A stretch of 64,000 nucleotides of DNA from an uncultured Parcubacteria group bacterium (GCA_947084965.1 CAMTUG010000002.1:15434-79433), one strand, 5' to 3'. Positions 1 through 9,566 are shown, counted from the stretch's first letter. The notes: generated from the sequence alone by a model not told the origin. Numbers and translations: made by a program.

Positions 1-218
1 GTGCCAATTTCATCTTTGCGATCAAGGTGGCGACTTCCGCGGATGGTGACGACATCTTCGGCGACGTAGACATCGAGATCTGCCTGCTTCACTCCGGCGA
101 TGGCGGACGTTATGATCACCTTATCATACGTTTCAGCAACGTCAACAGAAAGCTGGCCTTCATCTGGAGTAATCCAAGGGTCTTGCTTCAGTTCAATGCT
201 ATCAGCCGAGAATTTCAT
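1..218 (-). CDS. Hsp20/alpha-crystallin small heat shock protein, truncated by the window edge (absent from ORF track)
   Basis: Manual translation from ATG 218: MKFSADSIELKQDPWITPDEGQLSVDVAETYDKVIITSAIAGVKQADLDVYVAEDVVTIRGSR, matching the Hsp20 VDV..E....I.A...G....L.V....V.I.G.R pattern. Confidence 0.85.
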   Translation of the reverse strand, partial: MKFSADSIELKQDPWITPDEGQLSVDVAETYDKVIITSAIAGVKQADLDVYVAEDVVTIRGSRHLDRKDEIG

Positions 219-219
219 A

Positions 220-882
220 CTAGGCAGTCGGTGAGGTTAACTTCCATCCGCGAACAAATTCGTACAACGGCCCGAGGGCAAAGCCCATCGCCGCGGACCA
301 GATGATGATCGGGAGCGGGGTCGAGAGGAGGAAACGATCGGAAAGGGAAAGGTCGTTCCAGATCCCGTTCATCACGTCACCGGTGTCTTGGTAAAAGGCG
401 ATCTCATAGAGGACGAAGATAATGACCGCCATGAGAAGGCCGCTTGCAAGAGCGTCATTTAACAGGTCACGGCGGTGGGCAATGACATAACTTGTGACAA
501 AGAGGGCGCTGACAACGATCGCCTGCCAGGTGGAAACTTCTAGCAGATAGGTGAGGAGGAGAGCAGACCATGTCCAGGCGATGGTCAGGAGAAAGAGACG
601 AAGGAACCATCCGGATGCGGCTTTGCGTGGGGCCGTTCGTTTGCGTCGAACGCCGTAGGATTTTCCAAAGATCTGCTGAAACGCGACGGCGGCGATTCCG
701 GCGAAGAAGAAGGAGAAGGCGAAATCAAACGCCCCTCGCGTCCCCAGGGAGAGGGGAGTGAGGAGCGTTGTCATCACGCCGATCGCGATCATTTCAAATC
801 GCGTTTCTTTGCGACGCAGGAACAGGTACAACCAGCAGATGCCGAGGAGGACGGTGAAGACGAGCATATTCGGGGAGAGCAT
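220..882 (-). CDS. Multi-pass membrane protein, lycopene-cyclase-domain-like
   Basis: Several hydrophobic helices, duplicated RRKE/RRDL motifs, C-terminal TPLP..IW..GPLYE; ATG 882 just after TATACT. Confidence 0.55.
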   Translation of the reverse strand: MLSPNMLVFTVLLGICWLYLFLRRKETRFEMIAIGVMTTLLTPLSLGTRGAFDFAFSFFFAGIAAVAFQQIFGKSYGVRRKRTAPRKAASGWFLRLFLLTIAWTWSALLLTYLLEVSTWQAIVVSALFVTSYVIAHRRDLLNDALASGLLMAVIIFVLYEIAFYQDTGDVMNGIWNDLSLSDRFLLSTPLPIIIWSAAMGFALGPLYEFVRGWKLTSPTA

Positions 883-902
883 ACGCCCCAAAGTATAGCA
901 CG

Positions 903-1979
903 TTATGGGATCAGTTGTTCACTGAAGAGAGCGTCTTCGCGTCCGGTCACGTAGAATCCTGTTTCGTAGTCAGTCCAAGCCCCCTCGCTGCTGGCGATAA
1001 GCGAGCGCCACTGGAAATAGTTGTCAGTGTAGGCGGCGTCGTTTTGGAACGGACGTTTTTCACCATTGTTCACGTAGTAGACCGTGGTGTCATTGAGCAA
1101 TAATGATCCGTCCGGATATTCCGCCGAGGTGATGTCGCTCCCGGCGCTGTAATGGCTGAAGAAGGTCGGTTCAATGTCGATCACACGGTTGGCCCAAGAT
1201 GATCCGTACAGAGCGGTGGCGATCTCCTCGGTCGTCACCCAATGTAGGACATTCCCGGGGGAGACAGCGTAGACGTTCGGATCAGACTGAATTTTGACAA
1301 GGGCTGTGCCCGGGCGGGAGAGAATGGGGGTGCCGAGCGAGATGCTCGCCATGTCTGAGGCCGAGATTTCGAAGACCGCGTCAAAATTTTCGAACCAGCT
1401 GAGGTAGATCAGGGCATCTGGGAACGGATGGCGTTTGCCGTCGAGTCCGATGTAGTAGACGGCCGAGTCGTTTTGGGTTTCGGGATCGCCATCGTCTGGG
1501 AGTTTAACCAGATCGTCGACGTCCACCGAGACCGGAAGGAGTTCTTCGGCCTCTTCGCGTGAGTCAGGTGTTTCATCGACGGCGTCTTCATCAGAGTCAG
1601 ATGACGTTCTGGTCGCACTACCACCACCCCCGCCGCCTCCACCTCCGTCACCGTTGCAATTATCGTCAACGATGTAGGTGGTGATCACAACGGTCATTGG
1701 CTCGTTGATGACGAAGTTACAGGTATCGATCTCCTGATCGTTTGAAAGTTCGTAGTCGCCGCTGTCGATGCTGAAGGTGTCGTCCCCACTGACAGTGATC
1801 GTGATCGTGTTACCATCGATAACGACGCTGTCTGCTTCGGAACCGGCCTCGATCGTCACCGTGACCCCGTTGTCTGTCGTCAGGGTCGTGTCTTCATCAA
1901 AGACAACGTCACCGGCCAAGGCACCGTGTGGTGCTGTGAACAAGACGGAGACGAAGAAAATTAGGAGTAGGCGTTTCAT
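903..1979 (-). CDS. Secreted/surface protein with poly-Gly linker and CPR-type AVYYIG.DGKRHPFP repeats
   Basis: Signal peptide, G-rich linker, repeated VYY..GKR.PF units. Confidence 0.7.
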   Translation of the reverse strand: MKRLLLIFFVSVLFTAPHGALAGDVVFDEDTTLTTDNGVTVTIEAGSEADSVVIDGNTITITVSGDDTFSIDSGDYELSNDQEIDTCNFVINEPMTVVITTYIVDDNCNGDGGGGGGGGGSATRTSSDSDEDAVDETPDSREEAEELLPVSVDVDDLVKLPDDGDPETQNDSAVYYIGLDGKRHPFPDALIYLSWFENFDAVFEISASDMASISLGTPILSRPGTALVKIQSDPNVYAVSPGNVLHWVTTEEIATALYGSSWANRVIDIEPTFFSHYSAGSDITSAEYPDGSLLLNDTTVYYVNNGEKRPFQNDAAYTDNYFQWRSLIASSEGAWTDYETGFYVTGREDALFSEQLIP

Positions 1980-1988
1980 ACAAAACGC

Positions 1989-3149
1989 TTAGTGCACCCA
2001 AACATCAATGCGAATGTCGCCAGCCGGGAGATCGGCCGTAGCCGCCCCGGCGCTTACGTTACAGGCACGCAAGGTAACGGTGTCTACAGCAGAGACGTAG
2101 GCTGTGTAGGTGGTTTCATTTCCAGAGAGCATATCTGGATCAAGTCCAATGGCCACCGTATCACCAACAGTTGCACTTGTGACGATGAACGTTAACTCGT
2201 CGCAGTCATTCGTTGCGATGACACCGAAATCGGCCACAGCTTCGTCGCTATAATGTGCTGTAATTTCTGTGCCGTTTCCGATCGTTACTCCACCTCCTGT
2301 AGTCACAGAGGTAAAGCTGGCTGTACCGTTTTCTAAAATAGACCACTGATCATCAACGAGTTCCAATTGCTCTATTCCAGAACCGATAGTGATTTCGTCG
2401 CTCACTGCATTGCCGTTTATCGTAATCGTGTCACCGCCTCCGCCGTTGGTTTCAAGGGTAAGGGAACCGGATGAGATATTTAAGTCCCCGGTACTATTTG
2501 TGATTTCTGAACTTGCACCGTCATGGGCGATAGAGAGGTCGTCGCCCGTTCCGATAGAGAGGACGATGTTGTCATTGAGCTGAACGTTCCCGTCAGAAAA
2601 GAGCGCTTCGCTCCCCGAAACGGTAAATCCTGCGGTAAACGTTGTATTTATGCCGAGAAAGTCAACATCGTCTGAAAACGCGACGGCGTCGTTAAAGCTT
2701 GCGCCCGCGTTGATGTCGAGGGTTCCTGTTGTAATGTCGACGTTTCCTCCCAGTTCGCCGATGGTGACGCTCTGCCCTAATAACAAGAGGGACCCAGCAA
2801 CGTCGCTCACGGCGATGGTCAGATCGCCATTGATATTGGTAATGTCCGTGTCCACTCCATCATGAACAATGGAAAGGTCGTTCCCAGTTCCAAGTGAAAG
2901 CACGACGTTGTCATTCAGCTGGACGTTTCCGGCGGAGAAGAGTGCTTCACTCGCGGTGTTCGTGAAACCTGCTTCCATGGTTACGGCGCCGGTCAGGGTT
3001 GATGTTCCCGTGACGTCGAGGGTACCATCGGTCACGATGTTTGCCGAAAGAGTTGTGGCGGCCTCGGCGATGCCGACGATTAAGAGAAAGGAGAGTCCGG
3101 AAACGGCCAAGGTGCGCAAGAGACGCGCTCGATCCATTGAATAAATCAT
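1989..3149 (-). CDS. Secreted beta-strand-rich fibre/adhesin-like protein with internal duplication
   Basis: Signal peptide ending AEA; G/T/D/S-rich; two copies of SEALFS.GNVQLNDN.VLS.GTG.DLSI.HDG. Confidence 0.6.
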   Translation of the reverse strand: MIYSMDRARLLRTLAVSGLSFLLIVGIAEAATTLSANIVTDGTLDVTGTSTLTGAVTMEAGFTNTASEALFSAGNVQLNDNVVLSLGTGNDLSIVHDGVDTDITNINGDLTIAVSDVAGSLLLLGQSVTIGELGGNVDITTGTLDINAGASFNDAVAFSDDVDFLGINTTFTAGFTVSGSEALFSDGNVQLNDNIVLSIGTGDDLSIAHDGASSEITNSTGDLNISSGSLTLETNGGGGDTITINGNAVSDEITIGSGIEQLELVDDQWSILENGTASFTSVTTGGGVTIGNGTEITAHYSDEAVADFGVIATNDCDELTFIVTSATVGDTVAIGLDPDMLSGNETTYTAYVSAVDTVTLRACNVSAGAATADLPAGDIRIDVWVH

Positions 3150-3158
3150 AGATGTAAA

Positions 3159-4367
3159 TTATTTCTGTTCTACTTTAGCACATTTTTTAAATCCGACCCA
3201 GCGGATACGTGGTCGAGGAAAGAAGATGTAAGTGATGTTAAACTGTGATTTAAACCGTGAGAATCCATGCCAGGAATCTGGGTCGCCCGGGGCCCAGAAG
3301 ACCCCCATGTCGAGGTAGCGCAGGCCTGCGGCGATACTATCTTTGAACCATTGATCCATGAGGCCGATGCCGATTGGGGCATCCTTTCCTTCGCGATTAA
3401 TAAAGGAGATGACGTGTTCAGACTGGTTTGCTTCTGGGATATTGAAGACCGCTAGTCCGGATTCAATTTTGTCTGATCCGACGCGTTTCGCTGCATAGCA
3501 GATGACCATCCCTGGTTGGCTTTCGTTGCGGTGGGTGAGAGAGGTGAGAAAAAATCCTTTGAGGATGGGATTTTGGGGAGAGCGCTTATAGGCGACGAGA
3601 AATTCTTTGAGAGGAACGCGGGTGACCTCCCATTCGGTTTGCGCCCGCCACTTTTTCAGATGGCGTCGGGCGTGCTCGGACCATGCGGTTGGATAGCTAT
3701 CGTCCGTTGGAAGTTCGACGAAGCCTTTTAGTCGTTGGAGCCAGAACAGCTTGTTTGTTTTCCATCCTGTTGGAACAGGGGCTTCGCGCAGCGGCTGCCA
3801 GATGACCAGGCGGCGCGGTCCGCCCGGTTCAATGGCCGGCTCGACATCACCGACAAAGTGATCAAAACAGATTGGGCCGAATTTCCAGCGAGCGCCGATG
3901 CATTCTTCGTGTCCGATGATCGTGATTCTTTTTGATTGCTTAGCATTGCGTTCTAAGTACGCTCTACAAGAAAGGAAACTTTGATATTCTGAATGAGGAG
4001 CGATCGTGCGTTTGTGCTGATCTTCGACGACGATCTTTTCTTTGCGTCGGACAAAGCGTCGTGGCCAGACGATCCAGATAGCCATGATCATAGCGACGAC
4101 GAACAGGAGTCGAGGGGAGATGATCCCAATGTCCATCACACTCGCCCCGACGATCGCCAGCGTAATCAGGGAGAGAGTGCGGGTCATTTTGAGCGTAGGG
4201 ATGAGCATGAAAACTGATCCCAGGATCACGAGCCCGACGCTGTCAAAGATCGAGATCGCCCTAGCCTCGCTTGGGCCTTGAACCACAAATGCGCGGGCTA
4301 CGCCGAGGAGAATCAACGTCAGTCCGAGGATTTGGCGGGTGAACCGGTGGCTCGAGTGGGCGTTCAT
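3159..4367 (-). CDS. Membrane-anchored GNAT/FemABX-like acyltransferase
   Basis: About 4 N-terminal TM helices; C-terminal WSEHARRHLKK and GLRYLDMG...GFSRFKSQF typical of FemABX/GNAT. Confidence 0.6.
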   Translation of the reverse strand: MNAHSSHRFTRQILGLTLILLGVARAFVVQGPSEARAISIFDSVGLVILGSVFMLIPTLKMTRTLSLITLAIVGASVMDIGIISPRLLFVVAMIMAIWIVWPRRFVRRKEKIVVEDQHKRTIAPHSEYQSFLSCRAYLERNAKQSKRITIIGHEECIGARWKFGPICFDHFVGDVEPAIEPGGPRRLVIWQPLREAPVPTGWKTNKLFWLQRLKGFVELPTDDSYPTAWSEHARRHLKKWRAQTEWEVTRVPLKEFLVAYKRSPQNPILKGFFLTSLTHRNESQPGMVICYAAKRVGSDKIESGLAVFNIPEANQSEHVISFINREGKDAPIGIGLMDQWFKDSIAAGLRYLDMGVFWAPGDPDSWHGFSRFKSQFNITYIFFPRPRIRWVGFKKCAKVEQK

Positions 4368-4438
4368 AAGATGAGCCGTATTTTAGCACGGCACGGCCTT
4401 GACTTACAGAAAAAGAAACGTTATCCTTTTCGCGCTAC

Positions 4439-4513
4439 GGCCCCATCGTCTAATGGTTAGGACACGGGCTTTTCAAGCCTGTAACCGGGGTTCGACTCCC
4501 CGTGGGGTCACCA
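4439..4513 (+). tRNA. tRNA-Glu(TTC)
   Basis: GGCCCCA/TGGGGTC acceptor stem, CT/TT-TTC-AA anticodon loop, GGTTCGACTCC T arm, encoded CCA. Confidence 0.97.
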
Positions 4514-4545
4514 GAAAAAGAACTGACAAATGTCAGTTCTTTTTC
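4514..4545 (+). terminator. Hairpin after tRNA-Glu
   Basis: GAAAAAGAACTGACA-AA-TGTCAGTTCTTTTTC inverted repeat. Confidence 0.7.
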
Positions 4546-4649
4546 TGTTCCACAGGGAGTCGAACAGGGAGGGGTTTGGGGAACGGGAGTTCCCCACCTC
4601 TGCCGGGTGAGGCATACGGAGGGGTCGCAACCCCTCCGTAGTTCGGTGA

Positions 4650-4669
4650 GACTCCCCGTGGGGTCACCA
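4650..4669 (+). repeat. Direct repeat of tRNA-Glu 3' end (20 bp)
   Basis: GACTCCCCGTGGGGTCACCA identical to 4494-4513. Confidence 0.95.
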
Positions 4670-4740
4670 AAAAATCCTCCAACGTTTGTTGGGGATTTTT
4701 TGTTATGAAATGGTGATTTTAAAATGTTGCCTCGTTCGAT

Positions 4741-5331
4741 TTATTCCGGCTTGGCATTGTCGTGGTTGACCCACGCTTGGGCGCAAGCGGGCGAGAGATC
4801 ATCGAAATGCCTCTCCAGACAATCTACGAGCGGTTCAGATCCTGGTGCTGGCATCACCCCGCTGCAGTAGGTGCGCTTATCCTGTTGGCAGGCGGTAACG
4901 AGTGTGTCGTTAAGTGTCTGACGGCACTCAAGCGATGTACGACATTCTGCACTGATGTCATCTTTGTGCTCGTCATACAGACAACGCACAAGATCTAGTT
5001 TCCACGAAGCCTCGATGTTTTCGCCTGACCATTCATCAGGACACCAGATTTGGATATCGGCATTGCAAGCTCCGGCGTCTGAGCAGGTGACCGTTGCGGT
5101 CAAGGCGCCGTTAGCAGAACTTTGCGATTCTACTGTGCGTTCGGATGTGCTTTCCGGTGCTTCCTGCTCGTTCGGTTCCTGCTCATTTACCTGATCAGGG
5201 GTAGAGTTCGAAACGGGGGACGATTCGGCCGGGGTCTCTGTTTGATCCATCACGAGCCGTGTGGTGATCAGGGCCCCACCAAAGACGACAGCGAGTACGA
5301 TCAACGCGAGCTGGTATTTGTGCATTGTCAT
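4741..5331 (-). CDS. Membrane-anchored protein with two cysteine-rich (GLG1/Cys_rich_FGFR-like) repeats
   Basis: N-terminal TM; AC.AD...WC...CL..H.DDIS.EC and ACQQD...YC...CL..H.DDLS.AC. Confidence 0.7.
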   Translation of the reverse strand: MTMHKYQLALIVLAVVFGGALITTRLVMDQTETPAESSPVSNSTPDQVNEQEPNEQEAPESTSERTVESQSSANGALTATVTCSDAGACNADIQIWCPDEWSGENIEASWKLDLVRCLYDEHKDDISAECRTSLECRQTLNDTLVTACQQDKRTYCSGVMPAPGSEPLVDCLERHFDDLSPACAQAWVNHDNAKPE

Positions 5332-5410
5332 AGTCTGTGTGAATGAGACGATTCATACCTTAACCATATACCGATCGTCTCCTGTTGTCTAAGTGCGCTG
5401 AACAGGTCGA

Positions 5411-7183
5411 TCATCCAACAAGCGATGCTTCTAGTGCGAACCATTCTTTTTCGATCTGTGTTAGTTCCTCATCGATCTCGGCGAGGCGGGTGGCTTTGGC
5501 GGGGGCGTAGTCGGTGGGGTTGTCGAAGTAATAGCCGAGGATTTCGCTTTTTTCTGCGTCGAGTTTCTTCTGCCGCTCCAAAAGCTTTTGCTGATTGCGT
5601 AGGATGGCGCGGCGTTCGGTGGCACGCAAGTGGCGGTTGGAGGACTCTTCTGCGTGTGCCTCCTTTGTTTCTGGATCACCGTGTGTTGTTTGCTCAGAAA
5701 GTGCAACAAGGTCGGCGACGTACTCTTCGTATGTGCCGATGTAGCGGTGACCGATCCCGTTATGAATCTCGAAGATCTCATCGATGATCGCATTCATAAA
5801 CGAGCGAGCGTGAGAGACGATGAAGATTGTGCCTGCATACTCTTTGAGCGCCCGAGCCAACACTTCGACCGTTTCTACATCCAAGTGGTTGGTCGGCTCG
5901 TCGAGGATCAGGACGTTGTGTTGTTGTAAGACGAGCTGGGCTAGCCGCACCCGAGCGCGTTCACCACCGGAGAGAACGTTGCACGTTTTTTCAAGGTCAT
6001 CGTTCCTAAAAAGAAACGCTCCGGCTGCGGCCAGCACGCGCTCGGCGGGCGTTTCTGTTCCTGCTCCCCGCATCAGAGCTTCGAGAACGGTTTCGTTTGG
6101 TACAAGGGAGTCCTCGGACATCTGAGAGAAGTAGCCGATGTCGGCGCGATGCCACCATTTCATCTTGCCGCCGAGCACAGGGGTTGTTCCAGCAAGTGTT
6201 TTGAGGAAGGTCGATTTGCCATGCCCGTTTTCGCCGACAATCGCAACTTTGGCCCCGCGCGGAACTTCGTAATTGATCCCGCCGACGATGACTTTTTCTC
6301 CATAGCCGATCGCCAGATCTTCACAACGCACCGCTGGCCCGGGAACAACAGGCGGGCAAGGGATTTTGAAGGCGGTCGTTGGGAGCGCACGACCAATTTG
6401 ATGCAACTGCGAACGCAGCTTGGCGATGTGGTGCAGCTTGCTCTGGGCGCGGGTAGCCAGGCTCGCCTTGTAGCGGAATCGGTCGACGAATTCCTGGGTG
6501 TGGGCGATTTCACGGCGCAGGCGTTTGTTGGTGCGCTTGGCGTATTCGACCTGCTCCTCTTTCCAATCGAGGTACGTTTCGAGGTCGCCAGGAAACTCGA
6601 CGAGCTTTCCCCCTTCGACTTCGAAGGTGCTCGTGCAGATCGATTGCATCGCTTCGCGGTCATGGGACGTCATGATGAACGATCCAGAGTAGTCTTTAAG
6701 GAATGCTTCGAGCAGAAGGATCGTCGGCAAGTCAAGATAGTTCATCGGCTCATCGAGCAAAAGCAAGTTTGGTTGATCGAGTAACATACGCACCAGTTTA
6801 ACGCGCATCTGATAACCGCCGGATAAGGTCGTTGGTATCTTTTCTAAATCTTTTTTCTGCATCCCGAATCGCGAAGCGAGCTTGGCACATTCCCACTCTG
6901 GACGCCCGCTCCCGCTTGAGAAGTAGGCGAGCGTCGTCATGTCGCTCGGAAGGAGTTCGTGTTGACGCAAAACACCTAGCCGCGTCCAGGGCATGAGCTT
7001 GATCGTGCCAGCGTCGGGTTCCGTGTCACCGGCGAGGACTTTAAGCAGCGTTGTTTTGCCCGCCCCGTTGCGGCCGGAGAGCCCGATGTGCGCCCCTTCC
7101 GAAATCACAAAAGAGACGTGGTCAAGTACGACCTGTTTGTTGTAGGACTTTTCAAGGTTGTTGACTTCGAGAAGCGGGCGCAT
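5411..7183 (-). CDS. ABC-F family ATP-binding protein
   Basis: Two ABC domains (GRNGAGKT, LSGG, LLLDEP; GENGHGKST, LSGGE, LDEPTNHLD), no TM; start set at MRPLLEV. Confidence 0.93.
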   Translation of the reverse strand: MRPLLEVNNLEKSYNKQVVLDHVSFVISEGAHIGLSGRNGAGKTTLLKVLAGDTEPDAGTIKLMPWTRLGVLRQHELLPSDMTTLAYFSSGSGRPEWECAKLASRFGMQKKDLEKIPTTLSGGYQMRVKLVRMLLDQPNLLLLDEPMNYLDLPTILLLEAFLKDYSGSFIMTSHDREAMQSICTSTFEVEGGKLVEFPGDLETYLDWKEEQVEYAKRTNKRLRREIAHTQEFVDRFRYKASLATRAQSKLHHIAKLRSQLHQIGRALPTTAFKIPCPPVVPGPAVRCEDLAIGYGEKVIVGGINYEVPRGAKVAIVGENGHGKSTFLKTLAGTTPVLGGKMKWWHRADIGYFSQMSEDSLVPNETVLEALMRGAGTETPAERVLAAAGAFLFRNDDLEKTCNVLSGGERARVRLAQLVLQQHNVLILDEPTNHLDVETVEVLARALKEYAGTIFIVSHARSFMNAIIDEIFEIHNGIGHRYIGTYEEYVADLVALSEQTTHGDPETKEAHAEESSNRHLRATERRAILRNQQKLLERQKKLDAEKSEILGYYFDNPTDYAPAKATRLAEIDEELTQIEKEWFALEASLVG

Positions 7184-7272
7184 GTAGCGGCAGTATAAAG
7201 CAGGCGAAGGAATCTGAAAACGCGTGCGCCGCCCGGAAGTGCTCCGAGCGGCGTGTTGCATCGCCCCGCGCG

Positions 7273-7419
7273 TCAGCGGGTGGCGAGGAGGATAAGGGTC
7301 CGGACGAGGTAGTACTCTCCGCAGGTGGGAGTGTAGGGGATGGCGCTTGCCTCGATCTTCTGGAAGGCGCGCTTGAGGGCCTCGGGACCTTTCCCAAATT
7401 CTTCAGTGCTTTGGAACAT
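7273..7419 (-). CDS. Small hypothetical protein (48 aa), GC3-rich
   Basis: MFQSTEEFGKGPEALKRAFQ...; upstream GGAG; GC-rich hairpin downstream. Confidence 0.35.
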   Translation of the reverse strand: MFQSTEEFGKGPEALKRAFQKIEASAIPYTPTCGEYYLVRTLILLATR

Positions 7420-7456
7420 GATTAAAGATCTCCGCCTGGCGGACGCTACACCGCGT

Positions 7457-8521
7457 TTATGTGTTTGTCCAGCCCACCACTGCGTCGTACACTTCGCCTT
7501 GCGTTGCCCACTCAATCAGCCCTTCAGCGACCAGAGTATTGATTTGCGTGAAAAAGTAGCGGAGCACCGCGTCGTTTTCCCTCTCCCAATCTGTTGTTTG
7601 GATATGGACGTCGATCTTTCCAACTTCTGAGCCATCATGTAATTCTGCAATTTCACGAATCTCAGCGATCAGGGCATCAACGTCGCCGCTTTCAAGTGGA
7701 CAGTTTGGAGCACAAGAAGCGTAATCTGTCCCTTCGGCGCGCGATTCCTCCAGTTGCTGGAGGGTGCCGACGCTCCCAGCACTCACAAGCAATGTGCCGT
7801 CTTCATCCGGCGCAAAGTCGAGGGCGTTTTTAACGAAGAATGGGTGGTAGCGTAAGGTGAGGTCTTCCGGAGCGTTGTCGTGGTACGTCGTTTCGCTGAT
7901 GTAGTCATCGGTCCAGCCGTCCGGACGTTCTGAGAGAGGCATCGACAAGTAGTGAAATCCGACGATCCCATCGATATACTTGAATCCGGCCCGGATCATG
8001 CCAGACGCCCAATCAGACGCCCCACCTGCGCCCGAGCACCCGCGGTTATGCTCGGCACCGACTAAGGTGTCGACCAATTGCTTTCGCGTAGTTAGTTCGC
8101 GGACGAGTTGGGGGAGCGGATAGTCCCGGCGGGGGTTGATGTCGCAGTGGGTGCCAACGCCCATCCCTGCGGCAACGAACTCTTTGAGGACGTTCACGCC
8201 ATAGTTCGCGCTTGCTTTGGCGAACGGTTGTTCGGACTCGACCGTAATTTTGGCATTGTATTCCGTGGCGAGTTGAAGGGCATAGCGGAGCTGAGTGACG
8301 TGACGATCAAAGATCCCTCGGTCGCGATCATCGGTGTGATTGCTCTCCATGTGGGTCATGGTGGCGAAGTAGAGCGGGGCGTCTGTGCGCACAGATACTG
8401 GTTCCGTTGCCGCTTTGCGTTCTTCGGTTTGCGGTGAGGATGATGGTCGCAAAAGATATCCTGTCACAACACCGACGGCGGCAACGATCAGGATGGCAAT
8501 AACAAAAAGAGAGCGTTTCAT
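7457..8521 (-). CDS. Membrane-anchored polysaccharide deacetylase/GH57-like fold protein
   Basis: N-terminal TM; YFATMTHMES, A.EYNAKIT, GMGVGTHCD resembling NodB-type barrel motifs. Confidence 0.5.
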   Translation of the reverse strand: MKRSLFVIAILIVAAVGVVTGYLLRPSSSPQTEERKAATEPVSVRTDAPLYFATMTHMESNHTDDRDRGIFDRHVTQLRYALQLATEYNAKITVESEQPFAKASANYGVNVLKEFVAAGMGVGTHCDINPRRDYPLPQLVRELTTRKQLVDTLVGAEHNRGCSGAGGASDWASGMIRAGFKYIDGIVGFHYLSMPLSERPDGWTDDYISETTYHDNAPEDLTLRYHPFFVKNALDFAPDEDGTLLVSAGSVGTLQQLEESRAEGTDYASCAPNCPLESGDVDALIAEIREIAELHDGSEVGKIDVHIQTTDWERENDAVLRYFFTQINTLVAEGLIEWATQGEVYDAVVGWTNT

Positions 8522-8543
8522 ATGCGGCTATGATGCCACAGAT

Positions 8544-9566
8544 TTAGCTCTCTCGCGAACGTTCTACTTCAGCGATGATCTGCTTCGCCACGGTTACTGC
8601 GCGTTCTGGGGTTTCGCTATGCGCCGTTTCGGGGCAGAGCATGATGGCGTTTGCTCCGTCGAGGGCGGCGTTGGTTACGTCCAAGATGTCTGAGCGCATC
8701 GGGAGGTAGTTGTCGAGCAAGGACTGGAGCATGCCGGTCGAAACGATGACGTACTTTCCGGCCCGACGTGCTTTGGCCACCAGCATCTTTTGAATCAACC
8801 CGAGACGCTGGAACGGTACGTTAAGTGCCAAGTCGCCGCGGGCGACCATGATCCCGTTTGCCACTTCTAAAATCTCATCGATATTGTCGACTCCGCCCTG
8901 CGATTCAATTTTGGCGATGATCGTCGGCCGCCACTCAGAACTGGTGAACGGGATGAGCTTGGCGATCAATGCTTCAAGCATCTGGCGGGAGCTGACGAAC
9001 GAAAAGGCGACGATGTCCGGCTTACTTTCAGGCAGAATCGAGATGATTTCATCAATAAACGGAGCGACGTGGTCCAGGGTGTCGGCGATCGCCGGGATCG
9101 TGAGGGCGGTGCATTCGATCAGGCGACTGCCGTTGACCGTTTCGGCGGTGAACGTGTCTGCATCGATCACCGAAGTCACACGCATCCCCAGCTGGCCGTC
9201 GCCGACGTAAAAAACGTCACCGGGTTTGAGGTGGGTAGCGAGGCCAGGGAACGTATGCGGGATAAACTGTTCTGGATCTGGAGACGTTTGGGCAAGACGA
9301 AAGGCGAAGGTCTTATCCTTGGGGACCTGAACTTTGCTTTGCGGAAAGGAACCCAGACGAATTTTAGCCTCTGGGAGATCGGCGAGCAGTTTGACCGGCT
9401 TGCCTGAAGCGGTGATGTGATCTCGGCACGTTTTGAGCGTCGCAGCGATTTCGGCTAACCCCCAGTGCGAGCATTTTATGCGAAAGAGATCAACACCGGC
9501 ATCGATCATACGCTGGTTGCGGTCGTGGTAGTACGGTTTTTTGTAGACGGTGGCGATGACTTCCAT
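8544..9566 (-). CDS. pyk: Pyruvate kinase family protein (divergent, no C-terminal allosteric domain)
   Basis: IIAKIES, GIMVARGDL, DVTNAALDGANAIML.PETA; about 340 aa. Confidence 0.8.
   Translation of the reverse strand: MEVIATVYKKPYYHDRNQRMIDAGVDLFRIKCSHWGLAEIAATLKTCRDHITASGKPVKLLADLPEAKIRLGSFPQSKVQVPKDKTFAFRLAQTSPDPEQFIPHTFPGLATHLKPGDVFYVGDGQLGMRVTSVIDADTFTAETVNGSRLIECTALTIPAIADTLDHVAPFIDEIISILPESKPDIVAFSFVSSRQMLEALIAKLIPFTSSEWRPTIIAKIESQGGVDNIDEILEVANGIMVARGDLALNVPFQRLGLIQKMLVAKARRAGKYVIVSTGMLQSLLDNYLPMRSDILDVTNAALDGANAIMLCPETAHSETPERAVTVAKQIIAEVERSRES

Noticed and set aside
1619-1655. Poly-Gly coding tract as a contingency repeat
   Set aside because: Mixed Gly codons indicate a protein linker, not a slippage tract
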